Notes: generated by a model from the sequence alone, not told the origin. A DNA stretch of 63,462 bases, filler included, from Acidimicrobiia bacterium (GCA_041619515.1; 3 parts of 3 records of this genome joined end to end with filler, not necessarily neighbours in it); one strand, 5' to 3'; counted from the first letter of the whole stretch, positions 40,780 through 51,788 are shown. Translations and numbers: made by a program.

Positions 40780-42498
40780 CTAGGGGATCGCCCACACCCC
40801 GATGACCGGGTTGTGGTCGTTGCCCCACGCGTAGGAGAGGTCCTTCGGTCCACCCAGCGTGTTCGAGTACCAGCTGACGCCATCGAGGTGATAGCCGATG
40901 GTATCGGTGCCGTCCCCGTCCCAATCGCCAACGAACACGGCACCATTGGCCGGGACGTGGGGCTCGAGGATGTGGGTGGCCGGAGACCAGGAGGGATCGT
41001 TGCTTGCCCGGGTGATCAACTCGCCGCTCGAAGGCCGGAAGACCGCCGGGGTGTCGATCCCATCACCGTTCCAGTCACCCGAGAGCGGTATGTCGCCGTA
41101 GGTGCCGAACGGGAACGTGACGTCCGCGAACCCGAAGCTGTTGCTGTTGCGGAGGTAGAAGGTTGCCTCAGAAGGACGATAGATCCCGATGGTCTGGACG
41201 CCGTCTCCGTTCCAGTCGCCACATACCGGGAGGTCTTCCGGGACCCCGTAGTAGATGGAGATATCGGCGTACCCGAAGGTGTTGGTGAGGCGCAGGTATA
41301 GGAATCCGCTGCTCTGGCGGTAGAGGCCGGGAGTTGAGATACCGTTGCCGTCCCAGTCACACGACATGGGCAGATCCGCCGGTATGCCGTAGTAGAAGCC
41401 GCGTCCGTCATCGAGCGTCCAGTATCCGGAGCGGGGATTCTGCATTCCGAATCCGTCCGGGGCCACCGGTTCGAGCGCCAGCTGGTAGCCGCTGCCGGCG
41501 GGCCCGGTCACCTCCAGCCGGACTCCTCCCACGATCTTCACCTCTCCGACGGTGAGCACGTGGGAGTACCCCGAGCTCTCGGCCCGGCCCGGGATCTGCA
41601 AGCGCTCGGTGCCTGCGCAGAAGAACGTCGACTCGCAGTCGTGGCGCACCTCGTGGACGGTGACCCCATGGGCGGCGGCCCGCCCGTCGTATTCGTGGGG
41701 AGCCCGGACGTCGGCAACGAAGAAATCGCCCGTTTCCTCGCCGGGAATCACCAGCAGCTGGCTGCCCGTCACGCCGACTGGATGCAGCCGGACGGTGGCC
41801 GGAGTGTCGTCGTAGACGATCACGTCGCCTGGATCTATCCACCCTGCGGCGTAGCGATTGATGCCGAGAGTGCCGTAGGCGCCAAAGCCGCCGCTCATCA
41901 CGTCGATCGGGTTGTCGTATTCGGTGGGGCCCGTGAACGAGTGCGGCCAGTAGATGGCATGCCCCAGCTCGTGGGCCGTGATTGTGATCGAATAGCTGAA
42001 GACACCGTTGTAGCTGACGAGTGCGAACCGCCGGTTGGCTGGTGAGAGGTCGAGGCTGGTGAAGCCCGGGCTGGCGACCCCGGTCCACCCCGACTCGTCG
42101 GTGATGATGAACACGCCCCTGGCCGCGGAGGGGGTGGAGGCGGCCATCACCGCATCCACGCAATCGTTGCGGTCCTCCGAACCGACCGTGACGGTGCCTC
42201 CCGGCTCGAACTGGAGATCGTAATGCCCGGTCGACGACCAATCGAACACCGGCGAGATGTCGCTGGAGAGGATGTCGACGGCTTCGCCCACGTCGCCGAC
42301 CGGCCCGCCGAGTGCGGTGTCGCACACCCACACTCTCCACAGGTCGGTTCCGGTGCTGTAGCGGGAGACGTCGTCGTAGTGGTTGATGAGCCCGAGGGGA
42401 TCGGCGTCGTAGTCGTCGGCGGCAAAGGCGGCGGGGGCGGCGAGCACGAGCCCGGAGGCAACCATCAGTATCACGGTTAGGGCTCTGCGCATCCTCAT
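40780..42498 (-). CDS. Secreted zincin metallopeptidase (M6-like) with C-terminal GDWDGDG repeats
   Basis: Signal peptide, AHELGHAIYWPH, DVMS Met-turn, four repeats. Confidence 0.85.
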   Translation of the reverse strand: MRMRRALTVILMVASGLVLAAPAAFAADDYDADPLGLINHYDDVSRYSTGTDLWRVWVCDTALGGPVGDVGEAVDILSSDISPVFDWSSTGHYDLQFEPGGTVTVGSEDRNDCVDAVMAASTPSAARGVFIITDESGWTGVASPGFTSLDLSPANRRFALVSYNGVFSYSITITAHELGHAIYWPHSFTGPTEYDNPIDVMSGGFGAYGTLGINRYAAGWIDPGDVIVYDDTPATVRLHPVGVTGSQLLVIPGEETGDFFVADVRAPHEYDGRAAAHGVTVHEVRHDCESTFFCAGTERLQIPGRAESSGYSHVLTVGEVKIVGGVRLEVTGPAGSGYQLALEPVAPDGFGMQNPRSGYWTLDDGRGFYYGIPADLPMSCDWDGNGISTPGLYRQSSGFLYLRLTNTFGYADISIYYGVPEDLPVCGDWNGDGVQTIGIYRPSEATFYLRNSNSFGFADVTFPFGTYGDIPLSGDWNGDGIDTPAVFRPSSGELITRASNDPSWSPATHILEPHVPANGAVFVGDWDGDGTDTIGYHLDGVSWYSNTLGGPKDLSYAWGNDHNPVIGVWAIP

Positions 42499-42604
42499 CT
42501 CGATCGATTCGGCGCTCGACACGATATCCCGAGGAGGGTTGCGGGCATCGTCAAGCGGACTAGTCAGGTGCAGCTAACCGGTTCGGGATCAATAGTCTTG
42601 GCCG

Positions 42605-44356
42605 ATGTCCACCGGCTTGCGCAGTCCCGAAGTCCGTTCCGGGCTGGGACTGATTGGCCGCACGCTTGCCGGATACCGGGCGGTCTCGGCCTTCGCGATT
42701 GCCGGCGCCCTGCTGTGGATGGCATCACTGGTGGCGATTCCGTACCTGGTGGGAATGGTCATCGACGACGCGATCTCGGCAGGGAATCGGGATCGGATCG
42801 TCCCGCTGGTGGGCTGGCTGGTCCTGGCCGGCGCCGTCCAGGGTCTCGGCATCGGGATCAGGCGCTACTTCGGTTTCAAGCTGTCGTATCGGGCCGAGAC
42901 CGATCTTCGCAATCGAATCTTCGAGCATTTGCAGCGGCTGGCCTTCAGCTTCCACGACCAGACCAGCACCGGCCAGCTCATGGCCAGGGCTTCGAGCGAC
43001 CTCTCGCAGGTCCGGCTGGTGTTTGCGATGCTGCCGATCACCGTCGCCAATCTGGCCATGCTGGCAATCGTCGTGACCGTCCTGGTTGCCATCGACCCGG
43101 TGGTGGGAGTCGTCGCCTCTCTGGCGGTTCCCGCCCTCTTCTCATCTGCCAACCGGTTCGCCGGGAAGGTGATCCAGATCTCGTTCCGGGTGCAGGAGAA
43201 ACTGGCCGACCTGAGCGAGGTCGTCGAGGAGGCGGTCGGGGGCATCCAGGTGGTCAAGGCCTTCGGTCAGGAGGAGCAGGAAGCGGGCCGGCTCGAGGCG
43301 ACCGCCGGCGAGATCTACGACGAGAGCATGCTGCTGGTGCGGCTCCGATCCAAGTTCGCACCCCTGTTTGAGCTCATCCCTTCGATCGCCACCGTCGGTG
43401 TGCTGTGGCTGGGTGGGATCAGAGTGGTCGACGGCGCCATCACGATCGGCGAGTTCGTGGCGTTCACCCAATACCTGACGGTGCTGGTGTTTCCGCTCCG
43501 GCTGACGGGTTGGTTCTTCGCGCAGTTGCCGCGGGCGGCGGCAGCCGCAACCCGGATTCAACTGCTGCTGCGGGAGGCGCCGGAGATAGCCAACAGCCCC
43601 CGGCCGCGTGCCCTCCCCGACGGGAGCGGTGAGGTGACCTTTGCCGCCACCGGCTTCGCCTACCCCGGAGGTCCGCCGGTGCTCCACCACGTTGATCTCG
43701 TCATCCCCGGCGGGACCTCAGCGGCCCTCGTCGGGTCCACCGGCTCGGGGAAGACCACCCTCGCCCACCTCATCCCCCGCTTCTACGACGTCACCTCCGG
43801 GAGCGTCTCGCTCGACGGCGTGGACGTCCGCCACGTGGCGCTCGACGAGCTGCGCAGCCAGGTGGCACTGGTCTTTCAGGAGACATTCTTGTTCTCGGCC
43901 TCGGTACGGGACAACATCGCGTTTGGCAACCCGTCGGCAACCGACGATCAAGTGCGGCTGGCGGCCCGGCTCGCCCAAGCCCACCGGTTCATCAGCGACC
44001 TGCCGGATGGCTACGACACCGTCGTGGGGGAGCGGGGTTACTCGCTGTCGGGCGGCCAGCGGCAGCGAGTCGCCCTCGCCCGGGCCGTCCTGCGCGATCC
44101 GCGGGTCCTGATCCTCGACGATGCCACCTCCTCGGTCGATGCCATCGTGGAGGCGGAGATGCTGGCAGCACTCGAGCATGTCATGGACGGCCGCACCACC
44201 ATCATCATCGCCCATCGCACGTCGACGCTGAGCCTGGTGGACAGGGTGGTGTTCCTCGACGAGGGCGATGTTGTGGCCGTCGGGCGCCACGATGAGCTGA
44301 TGCGCTCGGTTCCGCGCTATGCGGAGGTGCTGGCGCAGGAGGAGGTCCTCGGATGA
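42605..44356 (+). CDS. Heterodimeric ABC exporter subunit 1 (TMD-NBD)
   Basis: GSTGSGKTT, LSGGQRQR, degenerate Walker B ILDDATS. Confidence 0.95.
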   Translation: MSTGLRSPEVRSGLGLIGRTLAGYRAVSAFAIAGALLWMASLVAIPYLVGMVIDDAISAGNRDRIVPLVGWLVLAGAVQGLGIGIRRYFGFKLSYRAETDLRNRIFEHLQRLAFSFHDQTSTGQLMARASSDLSQVRLVFAMLPITVANLAMLAIVVTVLVAIDPVVGVVASLAVPALFSSANRFAGKVIQISFRVQEKLADLSEVVEEAVGGIQVVKAFGQEEQEAGRLEATAGEIYDESMLLVRLRSKFAPLFELIPSIATVGVLWLGGIRVVDGAITIGEFVAFTQYLTVLVFPLRLTGWFFAQLPRAAAAATRIQLLLREAPEIANSPRPRALPDGSGEVTFAATGFAYPGGPPVLHHVDLVIPGGTSAALVGSTGSGKTTLAHLIPRFYDVTSGSVSLDGVDVRHVALDELRSQVALVFQETFLFSASVRDNIAFGNPSATDDQVRLAARLAQAHRFISDLPDGYDTVVGERGYSLSGGQRQRVALARAVLRDPRVLILDDATSSVDAIVEAEMLAALEHVMDGRTTIIIAHRTSTLSLVDRVVFLDEGDVVAVGRHDELMRSVPRYAEVLAQEEVLG

Positions 44357-46113
44357 GCGCTCCCGGCGGAGACACAACGCTGCTGCGCCGGGCAGCAGTG
44401 CTCGGGCGCGACCTCAAGCTTCCGGCCACCGGGGCGGTGGCGGCGGCGGTGCTGGCAACCGTCGCCCGACTGCTTGGTCCGCTGGCGGTCCGCAGTGGCA
44501 TCGACGACGGCATCTCCGCAGGCGACAAGGGGGTGATCAGCGCCGCCGCCCTGGTGTTTCTCGGCCTGCTGGCCGTTCAGTACTTCGCCCAGCGCCTGGC
44601 GCAATTCTCGGTCGCCTGGCTGGGGGAGCGCTTCCTGCTGCTGCTGCGCACCCGCCTGTTCCGGCATCTCATATCACTCGACATGGGGTTCTTCTCGCGC
44701 TCCAAGGCGGGCGTGCTCGTGAGCAGGATGACCAACGACATCGAGTCGCTCACCGAGTTCGTGGAGGAAGGGGCGGTGACGTTCGTGACCAGCCTGCTCA
44801 CGGTGGTCGGGGTAGCGGCGGTGATGGTGGCGGTGGACTGGCGACTGGCTGTGGTGGTGTTCGTCATCATCCTGGTGGTGCTCGGCACCAGCGTGGTGTT
44901 TCAACGGTTTGCCGGCCGCGCCTACCGGGAGGTGCGGGAGACGATTGGGCGGGTGCTCGGCAATCTCCAGGAAGGCATCACCGGGGTCCGCGTGGTCCAG
45001 GCCTTCACGCAGGAGGGTGAGCAGGCCGGTGCGTTCGGTCGGGTCAACGAGGATTACTACGACGCCAACATGCGGGCTGCCAAGGCGATTGCCTGGTATT
45101 TCCCCGGGGTTGCCTTTCTCCGCACCGTGGCCATCGGGGCAGTGCTGCTGTTCGGCGGGCGCCGGGTACTGGACGGCGACCTCACGTTCGGATCGCTTGT
45201 GGCGTTCCTCTTCTACCTCGATTGGTTCTTCCAGCCGATCATCAACCTCTCACACATCTACAACCAGATCCAGTCGGCCGTCGCCGCGCTCGGCAAGGTG
45301 TTCCGGTTGTTCGACACCGTCCCCTCGATTCTCGAGTCGCCCCGGCCGGTGGAGGCGGCCCGAGTGGCCGGCACCGTTGCCTTCGACGGAGTGGGGTTCG
45401 AATACGTGCCGGGCGTGCCGGTCATCGAAGGCATCGACTTGTCGGTGGCCGCCGGGGAACGGGTGGCGGTGGTGGGTGAGACCGGCGCCGGGAAGACGAC
45501 CATAGCCAAGCTCCTGCTGCGGTTCTACGACCCGACCAGGGGCGCGGTCACGGTCGACGGTCACGACCTGCGCGACCTGACCTTTGCCTCCCGGGCCCGC
45601 ACCATCGGTCTCATACCGCAGGAGGGGTTTCTCTTCAACACCACCTTGCGCGACAACCTCCGCTACGCCCGGCCCGCAGCCGACGATCGGCAGATCCGGG
45701 CAGTGTGCATCGAGATGGGCATCGACGATTGGGTGGACTCACTGCCGGACGGCCTCGACACAGCGGTGCGGGAACGGGGCGGGCGCTTCTCCGCCGGTGA
45801 GCGCCAGCTGGTGGCGCTCGCTCGTGCCTTCCTGGCCGACCCGGCGGTAATCGTCCTCGATGAGGCCACCTCCAACCTGGACCCCGAGACCGAAGCCAAG
45901 GTTGAGCGGGCGCTCAGCGTGCTGTTGAATTCCCGCACCGCCATCGTCATCGCGCACCGGCTCAACACGGCCGAGCGCGCCGATCGAGTGGTGATGATCG
46001 ACCAGGGACGGATCATCGCCGACGGCACCCACGCCGATCTGGTAGCCGAGGGCGGGCCGTACACACGGCTCGTCGAAGTCTGGTCGCGCGGCAGCGGCCT
46101 CGACCTCGGCTGA
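44353..46113 (+). CDS. Heterodimeric ABC exporter subunit 2 (TMD-NBD)
   Basis: GETGAGKTT, degenerate signature FSAGERQ, VLDEATS; ATGA overlap. Confidence 0.95.
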   Translation: MSAPGGDTTLLRRAAVLGRDLKLPATGAVAAAVLATVARLLGPLAVRSGIDDGISAGDKGVISAAALVFLGLLAVQYFAQRLAQFSVAWLGERFLLLLRTRLFRHLISLDMGFFSRSKAGVLVSRMTNDIESLTEFVEEGAVTFVTSLLTVVGVAAVMVAVDWRLAVVVFVIILVVLGTSVVFQRFAGRAYREVRETIGRVLGNLQEGITGVRVVQAFTQEGEQAGAFGRVNEDYYDANMRAAKAIAWYFPGVAFLRTVAIGAVLLFGGRRVLDGDLTFGSLVAFLFYLDWFFQPIINLSHIYNQIQSAVAALGKVFRLFDTVPSILESPRPVEAARVAGTVAFDGVGFEYVPGVPVIEGIDLSVAAGERVAVVGETGAGKTTIAKLLLRFYDPTRGAVTVDGHDLRDLTFASRARTIGLIPQEGFLFNTTLRDNLRYARPAADDRQIRAVCIEMGIDDWVDSLPDGLDTAVRERGGRFSAGERQLVALARAFLADPAVIVLDEATSNLDPETEAKVERALSVLLNSRTAIVIAHRLNTAERADRVVMIDQGRIIADGTHADLVAEGGPYTRLVEVWSRGSGLDLG

Positions 46114-46168
46114 CTCAGGTTCCGGTGATGCGGACTCCGGTCAAGCCGGTGACCGTCTCCAGCTGAGG

Positions 46169-46475
46169 GTGGGTGACGCCGATGTGGCGGCACCCGGCGG
46201 CGACGGCCCCACCGGCGATCCGTACACCACCATCCTGTCGACCTTCCCCGGCAACGTGTGGGGGGCGATCCAGGGCACCTCCATGGCCACGCCGCACGCT
46301 GCCGGAGTGGCAGCGCTCATCGTGAGCGAGTTCGGATCGGTGGGAGACGATGGTGACATCGAACTCGAGCCAAATGACGTGGAGAGGAGGCTCACCAAGA
46401 GTGCCACACGCATCGGCCTCAAGGCGTTCTACGGCGCCGGCCTGGTCGATGCCTACGGTGCAGTCACATACCAGA
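46169..46475 (+). pseudogene. C-terminal remnant of an S8 subtilase
   Basis: DVAAPG, ILST, GTSMATPHAAGVAAL, YGAGLVDA. Catalytic Asp/His regions and signal peptide are missing. Confidence 0.8.
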
Positions 46476-46493
46476 AATCGTGGGCGGCTTCCG

Positions 46494-47744
46494 TCAGGAT
46501 CCGGTCGACACGACCACGGACTCGAACCTGCCGACCCACAGCGAGTATTCACTCGGCCCGGAGTTGTTCTCCATGTTCACGATCAGGTAGCGGCTCGACG
46601 GGCGGTACACCGCGACGGTGTCGTCGCCGTCACCGTCCCAGTCGCCTGCCACGATCCGGTCGCCGGGGGCGCCGAAGAAGAACTGCCGATCTTCGAGGCC
46701 GGAGGTATGCGAGTTGCGGTAGTAGACCAGCGCATTGCGCGGCCGGTACATTCCGATGGTGTCGATGCCGTCACCGTCGAAATCACCGGCGAACGGCCTG
46801 TCGCCGGCTGCTCCGAAGGTGTAGCTGAAGTCGGCGAACCCGGTTCCGAGGGTATTGCGCACATAGACCTTCCCTTCACCGGGCCGGTAGATGGCCAGGG
46901 TGTCGCATCCGTCGCCGTCCCAGTCGCCTGCCACCGGCGCGTCACCGGGATTGCCGTAGTAGAACTCGAGCTCGGCGAGGCCCTGCTGGTTGGAATTGGT
47001 CAGATACACGAACCCGTTGGAGGGCCGGTACATCGCCGGGGTCTTGACGCCGTCGCAGTCCCAATCCCCCATGAGCGGGATGTCCTCCGGAATCCCGAAG
47101 TAGAACTCATCGGCCGGTCCGCCGAGCACGGTCGGCCGGTGGAAGCGAGAGCCGGTGTCGACATATGCAGCAACGTCCCTGCCTTCCGCTGCCCCCTGGG
47201 CCACCAGCAGATGCTCGTAGGAGCTGATCGGTCCGATCCCGGGGGCATGCAGCTCGAAATGGAGGTGCGATGAGGTCCATTCGGCGTTCCCCGAGTCTCC
47301 CACCCAGCCGATCAGCTGTCCCGCCTCGACATGGACCCCCCGCTCGAGCCCTGGCATGATGCCCCAGCCGAGACCGTCGTCTGTGCCCGGGGTGTCGTTG
47401 TTCAGGTGGATGTACATGCTCGCCCAGCCGTCGTCGTGATCGATCTTCAGAGAACAGCACGTGCTCGAGACCCAGCCGATGGTTCCGGCGGCGGCCGCCA
47501 CGACGGGAACCATCTTGTCGGCGAGCATGTCGGTGCCCTCGTGGGTCCGGTTGCCGGACCGCGGCGCACCGAACGTGTTCGTGTAGTGGGTGTCGCCGCC
47601 GACCGGGAACACCATCGGATAGATGCCGTCGACGGCCGGAGGGGGCAATTCCGGGTCGGCGGCGTCTGAGGGGGAAGCGGCTATGACGAGGGCGAACGCG
47701 CCGAGAGCCGCGACAAGGCGAAGCATGCGGGCAAGAGTACGCAT
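46494..47744 (-). CDS. Secreted M23 peptidase with C-terminal GDWDGDG repeats
   Basis: HEGTD, YIHL, VGDSGNA, HLHFE; signal peptide. Confidence 0.92.
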   Translation of the reverse strand: MRTLARMLRLVAALGAFALVIAASPSDAADPELPPPAVDGIYPMVFPVGGDTHYTNTFGAPRSGNRTHEGTDMLADKMVPVVAAAAGTIGWVSSTCCSLKIDHDDGWASMYIHLNNDTPGTDDGLGWGIMPGLERGVHVEAGQLIGWVGDSGNAEWTSSHLHFELHAPGIGPISSYEHLLVAQGAAEGRDVAAYVDTGSRFHRPTVLGGPADEFYFGIPEDIPLMGDWDCDGVKTPAMYRPSNGFVYLTNSNQQGLAELEFYYGNPGDAPVAGDWDGDGCDTLAIYRPGEGKVYVRNTLGTGFADFSYTFGAAGDRPFAGDFDGDGIDTIGMYRPRNALVYYRNSHTSGLEDRQFFFGAPGDRIVAGDWDGDGDDTVAVYRPSSRYLIVNMENNSGPSEYSLWVGRFESVVVSTGS

Positions 47745-47816
47745 AGTGGTGGTCTCGGCCCAAACCGGATTTGCCCAATGGGCCGCCGGGCCCAGTCCGG
47801 GACGACGCTGCCGGCC

Positions 47817-48776
47817 CTACTCGGCCATGACCGGATCGCCGTCGCGGGCGGGGTCCTCGCCGACTCCGCCACCGGGGGTGACCCGCCCACCCTGGAGAGC
47901 CGCTGCGAAGCTGCTGGTGGCCTGCAGCGCCACGATGTCGGACGGCATCTCGATACCTTCCTCGTCGAGCGCAACCTTGACGGCCTCGATGGCACGGTCC
48001 TGAACCACGAGAGCGTCATGCTGCGACGGGTCGCACCAGAACCGCGCCTCGTAATTCACCGTGGCAGCACCGAGCTCGGTGATGAACGCCTCCGGCTGCG
48101 GGTCCGTCCGGACACCCCGTGTGCTGCGCAGCGCATCTTCGATGACGTCCCGTGATTTGGTGAGGTCGGCTTCGTAGGCGACACCGACGACGAACGCCAG
48201 CCTTCGTTCCTCGAACGCGGTCTGAACCCGGATGGCGTTCTTGTACACATCGGCGTTCGGGACGAGCACTCGCTGGCCGTCGAAGGTGCGGAGCCGGGTC
48301 TCCCGGATGGTGATTCGCTCGACGGTCCCGAGGTGACCGTTGACCTCGACCTGGTCTCCGGCATGGAACGGCTCGCGGAACAAAAGCAGCACACCGGCCA
48401 GCAGGTTCTCGAGAATATCCTGGAACGCAAACCCGATCGCGACGGAGAAGAACCCGAGGCCGGCCAGGAGGTCGACCGGGGCGATCGACGGGAACGCCAC
48501 CGTCACTCCGAACAGCACGAACACCCCGAGCACGACCCATCCGGCGAGTTTGCTCATGACTGTGGAGAAGCTGTCTGTGTGGCGGCGGGCAAGGATGCGG
48601 CTGAGGCTGTGACGGATGAGGCGGCCGATCAGCCAACCGACGGCGACTACCCCGAAAGCGATACCGATCCTCGGGAGCGATTCGAGGAAACCCTCCCACA
48701 TCGAGCCCGCCGATTCGGTGACCGTGCTGATCGAATCGTCGGTCGAGCCCTGGGCTGAGATGAACGCGCCTCTCAT
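47817..48776 (-). CDS. mscS: Small-conductance mechanosensitive channel
   Basis: IGFAFQDILEN, PFHAGD, T-x-DGQ-x-V-x-VPN, VGVAY. Confidence 0.9.
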   Translation of the reverse strand: MRGAFISAQGSTDDSISTVTESAGSMWEGFLESLPRIGIAFGVVAVGWLIGRLIRHSLSRILARRHTDSFSTVMSKLAGWVVLGVFVLFGVTVAFPSIAPVDLLAGLGFFSVAIGFAFQDILENLLAGVLLLFREPFHAGDQVEVNGHLGTVERITIRETRLRTFDGQRVLVPNADVYKNAIRVQTAFEERRLAFVVGVAYEADLTKSRDVIEDALRSTRGVRTDPQPEAFITELGAATVNYEARFWCDPSQHDALVVQDRAIEAVKVALDEEGIEMPSDIVALQATSSFAAALQGGRVTPGGGVGEDPARDGDPVMAE

Positions 48777-48893
48777 GCTGCTGATCCCTTCTCCGTGAAT
48801 AGCGATATCTCGATCGCCCGCTGCTTACCCGATGCCCGGCGTGGCCAAACAACCGGTGCGGCCTACCTGCCCGGCAGCCGTAGCCTGTTGGGT

Positions 48894-49673
48894 ATGCCGA
48901 CGGTGCAAGTGAACGGAAAAGAGCTCCACTTTGCAGAAGCAGGGGAGGGCCCGCTGGCCGTCTTGATCCACGGCTATCCGCTCGATCACACGCTGTGGTT
49001 GGAGCAGATCGCCGGCCTCTCCGACATCAGGCGGGTGGTGGCAGTCGATCTTCCCGGCTACGGGATGTCGGAGCGGGTCACCGGCGCCCCACTCACCATG
49101 GAGGCTCTCGCAAACGACGTGGCCGGCCTCATCCACGCGCTCGAATACGAGCAGGCCGATATCGTCGGGTTGTCGATGGGCGGATACGTGGCGCTGGCGA
49201 TGTGGGAGGAGTACCCGGCAGTCGTGCGTTCCCTAGCGCTCGTCAGCACCCGGGCCGGAGCGGACTCGGAGGAGGGCAGGGCCTCCCGGGAGACCCAGGC
49301 TCAGGCGGTCGTGGCCGAAGGTCGCGCCCCGCTTGCCGCCAAGCTGGTGACGGCGTTGCTCGCCCCTGCCCACGATCTCACGGCGGCTGCCCGCCTCCGG
49401 ACGATGGTCGAGTCGTCCCCGGTCGAGACGATCGTCGGATCGCTACGCGGCATGGCAAACCGGCCCGATCGCACCGAGCTGCTTGCGGCCATAGATGTCC
49501 CCACGCTCGTGATGGCGGGCGAGGAGGACACACTCATTCCGCCCCTCGACTCCCATGAGATGTCCTCGGCGATTCCCGGCTCAACCTTCCTCGTCATCCC
49601 GGGCGCCGGTCACCTCGGTCCCATCGAGCGCCCGGATGCGTTTACGGAAGCCCTCCGCAGCTTCTGGCAGTGA
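48894..49673 (+). CDS. Alpha/beta hydrolase (enol-lactone hydrolase-like)
   Basis: HGYP, DLPGYG, GLSMGG, GEED, AGH. Confidence 0.92.
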   Translation: MPTVQVNGKELHFAEAGEGPLAVLIHGYPLDHTLWLEQIAGLSDIRRVVAVDLPGYGMSERVTGAPLTMEALANDVAGLIHALEYEQADIVGLSMGGYVALAMWEEYPAVVRSLALVSTRAGADSEEGRASRETQAQAVVAEGRAPLAAKLVTALLAPAHDLTAAARLRTMVESSPVETIVGSLRGMANRPDRTELLAAIDVPTLVMAGEEDTLIPPLDSHEMSSAIPGSTFLVIPGAGHLGPIERPDAFTEALRSFWQ

Positions 49674-51749
49674 TTGGGGCCGTCCGTAGTCGGCAAGGCC
49701 GCCCTCCACGTGGCGTGGATAGCTGAGCGCAGTGCGGTCGTGAAAGGCGGCGACCATGCGACCCTGCGTCACGTCGACCCGGGCGAGCAGGGCACCACCC
49801 GCGACGAAGAGCACGGCCAGGCTCGCCACCGCCGGCCGGCTGTTGCCGAAGATGGCTACGGCGGCGGCGAAGAGCAGCGGCCCGATGATCGCTCCCAGCC
49901 GGGCGACGGCGGTGAAGAAGCCGAAGAACTCGCCGCTCTGTGAGGCCGGAGCGATGTTCGCATACAGGCTGCGGCTCAGTGCCTGGCTCCCGCCCTGGAC
50001 GATGGCAACTGCCCAGGCGAGGAACCAGAACTCGATGACCGTATCCAGGAAGTAGCCCCAGATGACGATGCCGGTGTACACACCGAGGGTGAAGAGGATC
50101 GTGCGCTTGGTGTCGAGCCGCTCTGCCAGTCTCTGAACCCGACCCCCGAACATGAGAGCGGCCACCAGTGAGGCGGCCAGCACGGCACCCAGCAAGCCCA
50201 GGATCACTCCGAGGTCGGCGGCCCGCACCGGCGGTGATACCTCGATCCGCCCGATGGCGATGACCGAGCCGATGGCGGCAGGGTCCCCGTCCGCCAGACT
50301 GATGAGGCTCAAGGTGTGGGTACCTTCCTCCCCGGCCTCGAACTCCTCCGGAACCTCGAAACGGACGGTGGGACGGAACGCATCGATCACGACCGGCTCA
50401 CCGTCCTCGAGCAGGGGAGCGCCGTCCAGGAGCACCTCCCAGGTCCCGTGGTCGGCGCCCTCCGAATGGGTGAGCCGTATGCGCTGGCCGTTGAATGGGA
50501 TGTCGATGCGGGATCCGGCGGTGCTCGCAGCCACGTAGTCCGAACGTGCTCCGGCCGGCAGCGCGTCTTTGCCGATGACCTGCCAGTCCCCGGTGCGGGT
50601 GAATGCGTCGGAGCCGGAGTCGTATTCGCCCTCACCGATGAAGGGCCCCACCGCTTCGAAAGGCGGATCGGGCCGGCCGACCGTGTCGCGGTCCAGCGTA
50701 TGGGCGGCGGCGATGCCGATGGCGGGCACCGCAATGATATTGACGGCCAGCAATGTCGCGATGCGTCCCCGCCGGCGCGACTGGGGGTCGGTTATGGCCC
50801 CGAACATGAGCGTGAACGGTGTGCCGACGAACTGTACGAGCACAAGCGCGCCGACGAGCTCCAGCGTCCCGAACCCGAGCTCGGAGCCGTAGACCACCGC
50901 CAGTGCGATCACGGTTCCGATGCCGTTGTCGTAGAGAAGGAATGCAAAGAGAAACTTGGTCAGCTCGCGGTAGGTGCGGATGCTGTTGAAGGTGGTGCGG
51001 AGACGGCCGAAACTGGTCCGCACCACCGAGGCGCCCCTGGCCAGCTTGGCGGCCGCCGCCGGTGGCTCGGGAAGACGGCGGAGGATGGGAATGGAGAACA
51101 CCGCCCACCACACGGCCACTGCGATGAACGACACCCGGACCCCGAGGTTGTCCTCGTCGGGAAGCAGCAGGATGAGAGCCACTGCGATCACCAGCAGAAT
51201 GCCGCCCCCGAGGTAGCCGTAGGCGTAGCCGCGGCTGGAGACCCGATCCTGATCCTCCTCGACCGCGACATGCGGCAGCAGGCTGTCGTAGAACACGTTG
51301 GCGAGACCGAAGCCGAGGCGGCCGACGATGAACAATGCCCCGGCGAGCTGCCAATCGCCGGTGCTGACGAAGAAGAGGCTCCCGGTGGCTCCGACTCCCA
51401 GCAGGGTGAAGAAGGCGAGGAGGTATTTCTTGCCCCGAACCACGTCGCTCATCGTTCCGACGACCGGAGCGAGCACGGCGACCAGAGCCAGGCTGATGGC
51501 GATGATGACCGCCCAGTAGGCGGCGGCGGTCGCCGGGCTGTCGAGGCTGGTGCCGGCTACATCGACGAAATAGGTGGGCAGCACGGCCGCCAGCACCACC
51601 ACGGCGAAGGCCGAGTTGGCCCAGTCGTACAGGGACCAGGCGCGCACCCTCCGGTTGTATTCAGCTCGCTTGAGCCCAGCAGTTCTCCGCCCCATGAGGC
51701 CCTTTAGGTCGGCTCCGTGTTCGGTGTCCACGTCACGCTCCGTGTCCAC
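49581..51749 (-). CDS. UMF1/Atg22-family MFS transporter with inserted TM-beta-sandwich-TM module
   Basis: WSLYDWANSAF, FYDSLLP, QGGSQALSRSLY, GEFFGFF; insertion of about 200 aa. Confidence 0.9.
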   Translation of the reverse strand: MDTERDVDTEHGADLKGLMGRRTAGLKRAEYNRRVRAWSLYDWANSAFAVVVLAAVLPTYFVDVAGTSLDSPATAAAYWAVIIAISLALVAVLAPVVGTMSDVVRGKKYLLAFFTLLGVGATGSLFFVSTGDWQLAGALFIVGRLGFGLANVFYDSLLPHVAVEEDQDRVSSRGYAYGYLGGGILLVIAVALILLLPDEDNLGVRVSFIAVAVWWAVFSIPILRRLPEPPAAAAKLARGASVVRTSFGRLRTTFNSIRTYRELTKFLFAFLLYDNGIGTVIALAVVYGSELGFGTLELVGALVLVQFVGTPFTLMFGAITDPQSRRRGRIATLLAVNIIAVPAIGIAAAHTLDRDTVGRPDPPFEAVGPFIGEGEYDSGSDAFTRTGDWQVIGKDALPAGARSDYVAASTAGSRIDIPFNGQRIRLTHSEGADHGTWEVLLDGAPLLEDGEPVVIDAFRPTVRFEVPEEFEAGEEGTHTLSLISLADGDPAAIGSVIAIGRIEVSPPVRAADLGVILGLLGAVLAASLVAALMFGGRVQRLAERLDTKRTILFTLGVYTGIVIWGYFLDTVIEFWFLAWAVAIVQGGSQALSRSLYANIAPASQSGEFFGFFTAVARLGAIIGPLLFAAAVAIFGNSRPAVASLAVLFVAGGALLARVDVTQGRMVAAFHDRTALSYPRHVEGGLADYGRPQSLPEAAEGFRKRIRALDGTEVTGARDDEEG

Positions 51750-51788
51750 CGGCCCGAGAGCCGCAGTGTACCCGCCCTGCCGGGGGCC

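Noticed and set aside
49581..49673. 93-bp convergent overlap as a functional feature
   Set aside because: Most simply a C-terminal run-on of the MFS after stop loss; its paralog ends earlier.
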